This document shows positions 1 through 8,521 of a stretch of 64,000 nucleotides of DNA, in pieces. This stretch comes from a virus. The stretch spans positions 111,595 through 175,594 of the IMG/VR virus record IMGVR_UViG_3300023174_000052. One strand, written 5' to 3'. How positions within the stretch are numbered: the first letter of the stretch is position 1; every line of letters begins with the position of its first letter. The notes under the pieces are model-generated. The model had not been told where the DNA came from. It was given only the letters and a program-made list of their open reading frames with translations, and made no database searches. The position numbers and the translations under genes are program-made.

Positions 1-905
1 GCTGACATCTCTTCGCCGGCGGAGTCGTCGGCATCCATCTCGGTGTCATCGCCAGAATCATCATCACCGGCGTCCATCTCGACGTCGTCATCTTCGAATA
101 GGTTTTCATTAATACCACGACGACCTTCTGATAGAAGGTTGCGGAGTAGGGTTTTAGTAGACATTTCAACAATCTCCTTTTCTATTTTGGTAAGTTCTCG
201 CTTCGCGCTCTCCGCAAGGGGACCAGGAACTGAGTCCTTGATCTCTTGCTTAAGTCCAATCGCCTTGCGGAGTACCGCGTTGAACTCCTCGACGATACGA
301 CCGCCTGCGCGAAGCTTTTCGCGGCCATTGAGAGTGTCGAGTCCCCTCCTAATCATTTTAAGCTCAAGTTGAAGAGAGCGCGCCCTCTCAACAAGTGTAC
401 CGCGACCATCGACAAGACGAATAAGATCTTGAACGTTAGATTCATCTAGATTTACTATTTTATCTAACTTCGAAGAAGTCTTCGTTCCCTTCTTAGATTC
501 GGCAACAGTCAATGTAACTTTTTTAACGCCTCTTGGAACCTTAATGTCGAGTCCGTCCGCAGAATCAACTGGCGCTGGTGTTGCGACGGGAGGAAGCGCA
601 CTAGTACCTACCTCTTCGAAATCCTCGGCATCATCTTCGAGATGATCGACGTCGTCGGAAGTCGCTTCCATAGATGCGTCGCCGTCTTCTAGTTCGCCGT
701 CAGAATCTTGGGATAGAATCATATCAAGATCGTCATCGTTAACTTCCTCTTCTTCGCCTTCCCCTTCTAGAATTCTTTTCTCTAAGAGTGAACGAATCCT
801 TGGCATAACTGATTCGATGAGTTTGTCACGAGCTCGTTCCTCTGCCATTTTGACGAGGTCGTTTGCTTCATTAATAGCTTCTTGGTAAAGTTTGCCTGTT
901 GACAT
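1..905 (-). CDS. Prohead core/scaffold protein (T4 gp22-like), 3' end outside window
   Basis: Not in ORF track. Hand translation from ATG at 905 (GGAG upstream) gives MSTGKLYQEAINEANDLVKMAEERARDKLIESVMPRIRSLLEKRILEGEGEEEE..., open for 301 codons to the edge. Helical N-terminus, long acidic tracts and many L/I-x-E sites; lies downstream of portal and protease. Confidence 0.75.
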   Translation of the reverse strand, partial: MSTGKLYQEAINEANDLVKMAEERARDKLIESVMPRIRSLLEKRILEGEGEEEEVNDDDLDMILSQDSDGELEDGDASMEATSDDVDHLEDDAEDFEEVGTSALPPVATPAPVDSADGLDIKVPRGVKKVTLTVAESKKGTKTSSKLDKIVNLDESNVQDLIRLVDGRGTLVERARSLQLELKMIRRGLDTLNGREKLRAGGRIVEEFNAVLRKAIGLKQEIKDSVPGPLAESAKRELTKIEKEIVEMSTKTLLRNLLSEGRRGINENLFEDDDVEMDAGDDDSGDDTEMDADDSAGEEMS

Positions 906-931
906 TGCTTTCTCTGAACGCTCCAGATTAA

Positions 932-939
932 TAACTATA
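932..939 (-). promoter_or_regulatory. Candidate late promoter TATAGTTA upstream of scaffold
   Basis: In the intergenic gap, 26 nt before the scaffold ATG and upstream of GGAG. Confidence 0.4.
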
Positions 940-948
940 CGCCACAAC

Positions 949-1554
949 TCATTTTCGTAACAAATTTAAGTCGTGATATGTTCTAACTATCCGTCTAATA
1001 TTTGAAACGGGATCATTATCGTCAAAAAAATCTTCTTCCCACGCTTGCGGAACGTCAACTAAACTTTGCAATGCGCTAGAATAGCCCTTTTTTGTTCCCT
1101 TAGTGTGTTGAATCGGTTTTTGTACCGCGTTCCAACTATTCGATCCACCGACAACAGCTTGCTTCCCAGCATACGCACGCGGTGACGCTACGATTGACCC
1201 ATTAGATGAATTTCTACCGATAGCTTCTCCGAACATATCGAACGGTGTAGCTGCTCCGACAAAATATTGATTGTCGACTGATCTCGCAGACAATGGATCC
1301 GAAGGGCCAATACTTCCTATTTTATTTCTAAATTCAGCCTGGTCCTTTGGATCTTCGACCGTCTCGTCTTCGACGTCTTCTAATTCATCGTCATCGACAG
1401 GACTTTTATATGGATATGTTGTCGCTGATTGTCTTGGGAAATGATTCTTTGGGCGCAAAATGCCGTAGCCTGCGCCCGTGTTCGCATCATAATTTGGAAA
1501 GTTAGCAGGTGAACTTAGCGCTTCCCATAAAGTTTTCTTATTTTTATGATGCAT
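949..1554 (-). CDS. Hypothetical head-module protein
   Basis: 201 aa, low complexity, co-oriented and overlapping the upstream gene; between protease and scaffold. Confidence 0.6.
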   Translation of the reverse strand: MHHKNKKTLWEALSSPANFPNYDANTGAGYGILRPKNHFPRQSATTYPYKSPVDDDELEDVEDETVEDPKDQAEFRNKIGSIGPSDPLSARSVDNQYFVGAATPFDMFGEAIGRNSSNGSIVASPRAYAGKQAVVGGSNSWNAVQKPIQHTKGTKKGYSSALQSLVDVPQAWEEDFFDDNDPVSNIRRIVRTYHDLNLLRK

Positions 1555-2077
1555 TCGCCGTCGCGGGTGATTTACCAGGTACTAGTGGAAGTTCTTCTGG
1601 ACCGTGCGACATTCTCTTAGAAGATTCGTAAGGATTTCTAGAAGGTGTCGTCGCATCCGTTGAATTACCATCGTTCGCTAGACTATTCGTAACTCTTGTT
1701 CCGAATCCTTCCGGAGCAGGGCCCTGATCTGTAGGGTTCGATGAACCCGGACCTGGGGACATGGGATTCGGAAGGTACGGCGACGCAGGAAGCCCACCAG
1801 CTCCTGTTTCGACGCTTTCAAGATTTGGTGGACGACGTGATTCGCTAGAAGCATTAGCGCCGAAATCTCTATCGACAGTACCCGCCTGTAGATTTTCGAC
1901 AACCTCACCTTTTAATAATTTTTCTAAAGCATCTTTTTTAAAAGAGTTTATATCTCGTAAATGAAGACCAGGAGAATGAGGAAAAAGAGCATCAATCGTC
2001 GCTGAATCAGACTTTCCAAGACCGCGAGCGGTTGCTTGTCCTAATTTTGTAATAGTTGGGTATTTATAAGATGACAT
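1544..2077 (-). CDS. Pro/Gly-rich hypothetical head-module protein
   Basis: 177 aa; strong SD AAGGAG 6 nt before ATG; LPASPYLPNPMSPGPG segment. Confidence 0.7.
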   Translation of the reverse strand: MSSYKYPTITKLGQATARGLGKSDSATIDALFPHSPGLHLRDINSFKKDALEKLLKGEVVENLQAGTVDRDFGANASSESRRPPNLESVETGAGGLPASPYLPNPMSPGPGSSNPTDQGPAPEGFGTRVTNSLANDGNSTDATTPSRNPYESSKRMSHGPEELPLVPGKSPATANAS

Positions 2078-2107
2078 CCTATTCTCCTTTAGAGTTTAAT
2101 TAAAAGC

Positions 2108-2398
2108 TTACTTCTTAAGTTGACGAACTGCGCGAGTTTTTGCTTCGCGAAGTTGCTTAAGCTTACGAAGTAAAGCCTTTTCATCGCGTTCCATCATCAT
2201 AATTTGATGTAGACGACGCTTTGCTTCCTTCACGGTGAAATCTTCAGGATCTTCTAACGCTTTGTCAGTGCCAAGTTCATCGGCTTCAAGCTCGACTGGA
2301 TCGCTAACAAATTCTTTAGCCTTTTCTCTGAGTACGCGATTACGCTCTTCGAGGACGATCTTGCGAAGAAGCGCGGGTGTTAATTTACGGACTGCCAT
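2108..2398 (-). CDS. Small coiled-coil head/internal protein
   Basis: 96 aa; SD GGAGGT; N-terminal LLRKIVLEE resembles a protease-cleaved leader. Confidence 0.7.
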   Translation of the reverse strand: MAVRKLTPALLRKIVLEERNRVLREKAKEFVSDPVELEADELGTDKALEDPEDFTVKEAKRRLHQIMMMERDEKALLRKLKQLREAKTRAVRQLKK

Positions 2399-2423
2399 GT
2401 TTACCTCCAGAGCGAAATGCTCT

Positions 2424-2431
2424 TATTTATG
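2424..2431 (-). promoter_or_regulatory. Candidate late promoter CATAAATA
   Basis: 7/8 match to TATAAATA in the intergenic gap, 25 nt before the ATG at 2398. Confidence 0.4.
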
Positions 2432-2433
2432 TA

Positions 2434-2868
2434 TCAAGCTCGCCCACGATTTGTCGCAGGAGAACCAAAAGCTAGCGAAGCCCAGTTGTCAGCGCCTTCG
2501 AATAACGCTATAGGATCTACGCCGGTATCATTCACGTGAACGCTTCTCCCAGAATCAGCGGCTACTTGCTCGCGAAGTGTGGTAGAAGCAGTATCTTCAA
2601 AAATAGAAGCCATAACGGGATCGTTTGGTACTATATTTTCGACGACCTTCGAAGTAGTCTTTTGTCTTAAACTTGTTTCTGTCGTATTTTTCTTATCGAC
2701 AACAGATCGATGTTGACCTGCAGGTAGAACATAATCTAAAGCCCTTCGTCGAGGTTGTTGTTCGACGTTTTCTTTAACTTGCTGTCTAGCTGTAGGAGCT
2801 GCAACGCCTTCCATCAAAATTTCCAGAAGACATTCTTTAACAACTGCTTTTAATTCGCTTCTTTTCAA
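2434..2868 (-). CDS. Hypothetical head/internal protein
   Basis: Likely TTG start at 2868 overlapping the protease stop (TTGA); begins KRSELKAVVKECLLEILME. Confidence 0.65.
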   Translation of the reverse strand: MKRSELKAVVKECLLEILMEGVAAPTARQQVKENVEQQPRRRALDYVLPAGQHRSVVDKKNTTETSLRQKTTSKVVENIVPNDPVMASIFEDTASTTLREQVAADSGRSVHVNDTGVDPIALFEGADNWASLAFGSPATNRGRA

Positions 2869-3479
2869 TTTTTCTTCCCCCAATCGATAATATCATTAAA
2901 AATTCTATCGATTCGGTCGTCCTTTGTAAAGACACGCTTCAATTCGGCAGGATCTATTTTTTTACCTTCAGCCATTAAAAATGCGCCGGGCGTTGAAGGC
3001 TCAGCGACTACATCCCAACAGATAAGTTGAAAATCGTCTTGAACTACCTGCGAGTCTCCGTCCCTTTTAGTAGAACCTACACCGCGTGACGAAATTCCAA
3101 GCGTCACGCCTGATTCTACAAGACTCTGTAATATTTTTCCACAAGGGGTATCAAGCAGCTCGACAGTACCATAACATACATCACCGTCCATATAAGCTTC
3201 TCTAATAATGTGAGATACCTTCTTGAGTTCTACGACGGAAGAGTCAGGATGATCACATTCTCCAAGCGCGCGATTTTCTCGAATAAATTTTTGATAATTT
3301 CTAACTTCTCTTTCAAGAATCGGGCGAGGATAAACTCTACCATTTTGATTTAAGGTTTCTGATTTTTGGAGAATACCTTTCATGACAATTTTTCCACCGT
3401 TTTTATCTCGGCTCTCCTTAATCATGTCTGGCGTGTAACTGAACTGTGTCCAGCTTGTCAATAACCTAACGTCCGCCAT
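2865..3479 (-). CDS. Prohead protease (T4 gp21-like)
   Basis: NQNGRVYP, ALGECDHP (catalytic His), TPCGKIL, GISSRGVGS (catalytic Ser), WDVVAEPSTPGA. Confidence 0.95.
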   Translation of the reverse strand: MADVRLLTSWTQFSYTPDMIKESRDKNGGKIVMKGILQKSETLNQNGRVYPRPILEREVRNYQKFIRENRALGECDHPDSSVVELKKVSHIIREAYMDGDVCYGTVELLDTPCGKILQSLVESGVTLGISSRGVGSTKRDGDSQVVQDDFQLICWDVVAEPSTPGAFLMAEGKKIDPAELKRVFTKDDRIDRIFNDIIDWGKKN

Positions 3480-4305
3480 CTTCGACTCCTGTCATTTCCT
3501 CTATCATTTTATTCAAAAGTAAAAACCTGGAGACATTGCCTTCGGTAATGTCGCTCGACGAAAGACTTTCAATTTGTGTTTTCACTTCGTTTAGTTTTTC
3601 TTTTAAAATTCCGTTACTATTTTTATGTGAAAATTCGTTAATAGTTTCGAAAGCTTCACATTTCGTCTTTTCTAAAAGCGGAACTAGATTTCTCTTGTCG
3701 CCTTGTAAAGACATTTTAACCATCTTAAATTGTTCTGTTGTTAATTCTTGTGAAACTTTCTCACAGACCTTTTTCTTCATGATATCGACGGACAATTTAC
3801 TCGTTCGTCCACTCATTTCGAGAGATTCGATTTGTTTTCTTTCGCATAACATTTTCGAAACCTTTTGTTCATATTCAACGACTCTAGCTATATCTGCGTT
3901 AGTACCCATACGCCAATCGTTCAATAATGTCTGAACTGTTGCGAATGCTCTATAATCGGGAACTCTTTGCTCAAAAAACATGGGTTGATCGAGTCTTTTA
4001 TTAATTGATTTAATTAAAAGACCCTTTTCTCTATCGAGCGCATTAAAATCGTGTTGCTTCGCAGCACGCTTTGCTTCGTCAAGAATTCTAAGAGCGATAG
4101 ACTCAGTGTCGACCGTAGTTCTTACGAGCGCGTTAAAAAGTCTAAATTCTCTATGAAGATGCGTTCCAGGTGCAAAGTGTTCACGAACAATCGCCATCGC
4201 CTCACGAGCCTGATCGACGTTTCCATCGATCAAAGACTTCGAGATGAAGCGCACGAGCTGCTCATAAATAATCGCAGCATTTCTCTTTTTATTGTGCCTC
4301 ATCAC
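3466..4305 (-). CDS. Helical hypothetical protein between portal and protease
   Basis: 279 aa; GTGA overlap with the portal stop; starts RHNKKRNAAIIYEQLVR. Confidence 0.75.
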   Translation of the reverse strand: MMRHNKKRNAAIIYEQLVRFISKSLIDGNVDQAREAMAIVREHFAPGTHLHREFRLFNALVRTTVDTESIALRILDEAKRAAKQHDFNALDREKGLLIKSINKRLDQPMFFEQRVPDYRAFATVQTLLNDWRMGTNADIARVVEYEQKVSKMLCERKQIESLEMSGRTSKLSVDIMKKKVCEKVSQELTTEQFKMVKMSLQGDKRNLVPLLEKTKCEAFETINEFSHKNSNGILKEKLNEVKTQIESLSSSDITEGNVSRFLLLNKMIEEMTGVEDGGR

Positions 4306-6230
4306 TCACTCTCCAGGTCATCACGACCCACTAAAACTTCTGAAAGAATTCCGCTACCCGATTTATTACCTATATTGCCCGAAAGCTTTTTGAAAATATT
4401 CTCTAATTCTGATGTCATTCTAGGCGAAGTCGAAACGCTCGTTTCTCCTAGCATAGCATCCTTTAATGATATAGGTAGTTCATCTTCGAAAATATTAGCT
4501 CCCGTTAATGTATCTCCGAATGGTCTATTTAAAGTATCTTGTGTTCGACCGCCAGATACCATCGAAGAAAAGTCTGGGAGGTGTTTTTCTCCACGGCCTT
4601 TAGACCTGGTTAATTTTTTCTTATTTATTTCTTTTCCCCACATATTTTTCTTCGCTTCACTCGATGCTTTTACAGGAAATTCGATGTTACCTCGACCGGT
4701 GGGTTCATAGGCCGAGAATAAATCTCCTCCAGCTTCTTCGCCGCCACCGGCATCTGGGGTCGTAGTATCTCCGCCCGTATCACCGCCCATGTCTCCACCT
4801 GCGTCTCCACCTGCGTCTCCACCTGTCCCACCTTCAGGCGTTGCAGCTTCAACTTCTGCGTCTTCGATCTTATCTTTCTTTCTACCGTCTTTAATTCTAG
4901 CGATCTCTTCTTCTGTAAGGCCGAGAATATTCCTTCGTATCCATGTTTTATCTACAGCTCCTTCGGGAGCTGCACCTGCTATTTCAAATTTTGTCTTAAT
5001 TAATTCAAGCTTTTGCATTTGCGCAACAGAACTTGGATTATTAAGCATCAACTTAAAATTTAGAATCGCTTCATCAGTAAACCCATGTGAATAAAGATGA
5101 ATCATTGCGATCTTATTCAACTCAGAAATAATGACCTTCTGGATTCTAGATATTGTTCTTGAAAATCGTATATCTTCTTGGGCCAGCGTCGCCTTAGAAC
5201 CAATTTCTTCGTCATACCCAAGATACGCCTTTGGTATTTTAAGCGCTGCGAATAATTTCTTTTGGATATACTGTACGTCTTCGACGGCTGCTGTATTTTG
5301 TCCACCTGCCAAAGTGTCGATCTTCGTACCAGACTCTCCACCTCTAACCGGGATGAAATAGTCGTCAAGACCACTAAGTGGATTGAATCGAAGATCGACC
5401 CTACCTGTCGACTTATCGATAACCATATTTCTTTTAAGACTAGATTGTATATTTTGCATATAGTTTTCTACTTCCTCAGGAGGAATGTTTCCTACGTCGA
5501 TGTAGAATATTCTTCGTTCAGGAGCGCGGACAACTCGATAAAGAAGCATCGCATCTTCGCTAAGAATTAACTGTCTCCAAATTCTACGAGCCGATTCTAG
5601 AACAGACGCTCCATATGGAAGAAACGCGTCGTTCCCCAATAATCTAAAATGCACTACTTGCCAATTTTCTAATACTTTGTTTCCTTTCGTGACCCATCGA
5701 AATCGAACTGCGAGTGGATCTTCTGGGTCGTATCCTTCTTCTCGTTCCATTTCTGCGATCGGAATTGGAAGCGCATTGATAATCCCAAATTTTGGATCAA
5801 CGTCGAGAAACGAAAAGAAGTCTCCATATTTGCAAAGATTTCTTGTCCACATCGGAAGATTGAAATCTATATTCAAATTATCATAAAAAAGATCCTCGAG
5901 CAATTCTCTTATTGCTCGATTGTCAGAATAAATGTGTAATACCCTTCCGTTTTCATCTTGCGATGCGGCCTCTTCCGAATAAATGTCGAGGGCCGAAGAA
6001 ATTTCTGGCGTTGATTCCATTTCGCTGAAATCACTGTAACGACTCATTCTATCGAACGAACCATACGCAGAAACTGTAGAAGCGTAGATGTCCGAAACAT
6101 TTCTTCGAAAAAGTTCATAGGAGGACGAAGCCGTAGGAGTAGTATACCCTTTTACTTTCCTCTTTACGACGGGTCCTGATCTAAAAAGCTTTGTTAGTCT
6201 ACTGAATAGACTCTCATTTCTATCTGCCAT
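4302..6230 (-). CDS. Portal protein (T4 gp20-like) with long disordered C-terminal extension
   Basis: EISSALDIY, EDAMLLYRVVRAPERRIFYIDVGNIP, DDYFIPVRGG, TKIDTLAGG, YIQKKLFAALKIP motifs; directly follows terminase. Confidence 0.95.
   Translation of the reverse strand: MADRNESLFSRLTKLFRSGPVVKRKVKGYTTPTASSSYELFRRNVSDIYASTVSAYGSFDRMSRYSDFSEMESTPEISSALDIYSEEAASQDENGRVLHIYSDNRAIRELLEDLFYDNLNIDFNLPMWTRNLCKYGDFFSFLDVDPKFGIINALPIPIAEMEREEGYDPEDPLAVRFRWVTKGNKVLENWQVVHFRLLGNDAFLPYGASVLESARRIWRQLILSEDAMLLYRVVRAPERRIFYIDVGNIPPEEVENYMQNIQSSLKRNMVIDKSTGRVDLRFNPLSGLDDYFIPVRGGESGTKIDTLAGGQNTAAVEDVQYIQKKLFAALKIPKAYLGYDEEIGSKATLAQEDIRFSRTISRIQKVIISELNKIAMIHLYSHGFTDEAILNFKLMLNNPSSVAQMQKLELIKTKFEIAGAAPEGAVDKTWIRRNILGLTEEEIARIKDGRKKDKIEDAEVEAATPEGGTGGDAGGDAGGDMGGDTGGDTTTPDAGGGEEAGGDLFSAYEPTGRGNIEFPVKASSEAKKNMWGKEINKKKLTRSKGRGEKHLPDFSSMVSGGRTQDTLNRPFGDTLTGANIFEDELPISLKDAMLGETSVSTSPRMTSELENIFKKLSGNIGNKSGSGILSEVLVGRDDLESE
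4764..4823 (-). repeat. 5 x 12-bp coding repeat, GGD(A/M/T), in portal tail
   Basis: GGTGGAGACGCA twice, then degenerate copies; encodes GGDAGGDAGGDMGGDTGGDT. Confidence 0.85.
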
Positions 6231-7823
6231 TTATTTATACATCCATAATAGTTCGGGTGGTATCGGTGCAGTTGAATCTGAACCGAAATACTTCGAATCG
6301 TACCTATTCGGTTTCAAGGCGTCTCTGGCGCCGAATTGAATCGGCATATTATTGTTTTTTTGTTCGTTGACTTTAAATCCTGCTGCGAGAGACCATTGAC
6401 CAGATTGATACGATTGTGATGTATCTCTGTTTGGTTCAAAAAGACTACATCCAATTGCCGAGGCCATGACGAGATCGTCGTTGAATCCTTTTTGAGCGCG
6501 AGCTGTGTTTCCGATCCAAACGAAAGTCTTAAGCTCATCTAATAACCTCGCTGAGTATATTCTAATCCGTCCTGTGCGAAGGTATTCCTCAAATTTCGTT
6601 AAAATCGTAGGTTTATTTTGTCCTGAGGTGTTAAAACCTATTTTTCCGATCGGAATGTCAACTGCGTATTTGAATCTTATATCATTTATGTGCAGGTTAG
6701 GATACGCTAATTCTTTTAATTTTGTGATGGTCGCAAATCCATATGTGTTATTCTCAGGACAGACTATCGCCTTATTATATTTTAAACCGATTTCGTTGAT
6801 CAACGTGCCCAATTGATCTGGTGGTAGCTTTCCTCTAAATTCACAAACCTGTTCACATTCGTTAGTGTCAAAGACTTGTATAGTAGAATAATCTAATGCG
6901 TCTCCTCGAGAAACGTCAGCGGATAGAACGTACTTGTGATTTGGTAGAGCATATTTCCAAACCCAAACTCCCATTTCTGGGCCCCATCTTTCTAACGGGT
7001 TTCTACACGAGGCTCTAATCTTTTCATAATCTTCTGCATTTATAAAAGTATCGCCAGATGAAGAGAAGTCGCAAAGTAATTCTTGCGCGATCTCTTTTCT
7101 CGTTAAGTTCCTAGACTCTTGCTCGAACCATCTTTCGTCTCTATCAGGGTGAACGTCCCAAGGTAATTTTATGGGATTAAAATCAGATGTCCCTGCGTCG
7201 GCGTCTATCCATAATTTATGAAATTGATTTCCGACACCCGACGGTGTACTAAGAATAATCGCAGAACCACCCGTCGACAAGGTAGGGTAAAGACCTTTCC
7301 ATAATTCGTCGAAGTCTCTAATGAATGCAGCTTCGTCGACGATCAGTAACGATAGTGCTTCAGAACGACCCGCATCTTCTGACGTTGGAACTGCCTTTAT
7401 TATAGAACCATTAGAAAATTCTATTTGCGTTTTTGTATGCGACGTAATTTCTGAAATCACAAGCCATTCAGGCAATCCCTCTAACATCGTCTTTACTTTT
7501 CTAATAAAGTTTTGAGCAACTGCAAGTTTCGTCGCGATTACTAAAATGTTTTTTTGCTTATAGAAAACGCCTTGCCATAGAGCATACGCAGCAGTGATAG
7601 TAGATAGCCCAAGTTGTCTAGACTTTAAAACGATATTAAAACGATGCTTATTAAATTCTTTTACGCAATCATCCTGGAATGGGTACGTTCTAAATGGAAC
7701 GAGGCCTTTTTTAGGGTGCGTAATTTTAACGTACGTATTAATAAAATGTAGAGGTTCCTTACCGCATTTAATGATTTCATTAACCTGCGATTGCTTGGTC
7801 ACTACTACTTTCTGACTAGCCAA
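6231..7823 (-). CDS. terL: Terminase large subunit (T4 gp17-like)
   Basis: YPFQ adenine-binding motif, KSRQLGLST P-loop, LLIVDEAAF Walker B, LSTPSG coupling motif, nuclease SADVSRG...DYS...NDDLVMA. Confidence 0.95.
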   Translation of the reverse strand: MASQKVVVTKQSQVNEIIKCGKEPLHFINTYVKITHPKKGLVPFRTYPFQDDCVKEFNKHRFNIVLKSRQLGLSTITAAYALWQGVFYKQKNILVIATKLAVAQNFIRKVKTMLEGLPEWLVISEITSHTKTQIEFSNGSIIKAVPTSEDAGRSEALSLLIVDEAAFIRDFDELWKGLYPTLSTGGSAIILSTPSGVGNQFHKLWIDADAGTSDFNPIKLPWDVHPDRDERWFEQESRNLTRKEIAQELLCDFSSSGDTFINAEDYEKIRASCRNPLERWGPEMGVWVWKYALPNHKYVLSADVSRGDALDYSTIQVFDTNECEQVCEFRGKLPPDQLGTLINEIGLKYNKAIVCPENNTYGFATITKLKELAYPNLHINDIRFKYAVDIPIGKIGFNTSGQNKPTILTKFEEYLRTGRIRIYSARLLDELKTFVWIGNTARAQKGFNDDLVMASAIGCSLFEPNRDTSQSYQSGQWSLAAGFKVNEQKNNNMPIQFGARDALKPNRYDSKYFGSDSTAPIPPELLWMYK

Positions 7824-8184
7824 TTTCGTATGTCACAAATCGACGATAGTACGCGACTTTTTTAGGAGAATGAAACGTAACAGAAATCACTTCAATAGAA
7901 TCGTCGGTAGAAACCTCTTTGCATTTCAATGCCTTTCCTGACGCTTCTTTGTAAGTTTTTTTGACTGTCTTTAGTGCGTCATTTATCATGTCTATGGATC
8001 TAGTAGATTCCTTACCTACCTGCGATCTCAGCGATGCGTCACTGGCGAAATTGACTATCGTTGTATAGGTCAACATCATGCGACCTTCACCAGGAAATTT
8101 ATAGATGATAGATTCGGTTCCGTTTGAAGAACCTTTGATATTTTCAAGACATTGCGCCAGACAGTTTAAGTCGTAAGTTAACAT
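7816..8184 (-). CDS. Hypothetical protein
   Basis: 122 aa; SD GGAG; overlaps the terminase start. Confidence 0.7.
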   Translation of the reverse strand: MLTYDLNCLAQCLENIKGSSNGTESIIYKFPGEGRMMLTYTTIVNFASDASLRSQVGKESTRSIDMINDALKTVKKTYKEASGKALKCKEVSTDDSIEVISVTFHSPKKVAYYRRFVTYEIG

Positions 8185-8185
8185 T

Positions 8186-8521
8186 TTATTTCTCCGTAGT
8201 TAAATATCTAATCACAAGCAAAGAATTTCGATCTGTTTTTTTGTTTTCTACGTCCTGGGCTGACGGACGGACGCCTTCTTTCCACGCTTTTAGATTCATT
8301 TCTGCGAAATCACTTTCGCATGCCCTACAACAAAAAACTCTGTCATATGCTTCGTTATCTATGTTGCTAGACATGACAGTATCACAAATTGGACAAAAAA
8401 ATGGTGCACCGACTTCTTCTATTTTCGAAAAGAAGTCGGCCTGTTTTTCAAGCCCAAACGTAAGCGTCCGCGCCTTGCTTTGATATTTCGATGATGTTGT
8501 CGACTGCATCTTTGATTGCAT
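8186..8521 (-). CDS. Small zinc-finger protein (start uncertain)
   Basis: CPIC...CCRAC...WKEGVRP; annotated start overlaps the SbcCD gene by 74 nt. Confidence 0.65.
   Translation of the reverse strand: MQSKMQSTTSSKYQSKARTLTFGLEKQADFFSKIEEVGAPFFCPICDTVMSSNIDNEAYDRVFCCRACESDFAEMNLKAWKEGVRPSAQDVENKKTDRNSLLVIRYLTTEK

Noticed and set aside
6232-6239. Exact TATAAATA at 6232..6239 (and at 2061..2068)
   Set aside because: The first lies 1 nt from the portal ATG and is formed by Tyr-Lys-stop codons; the second is inside a coding region. Probably chance.
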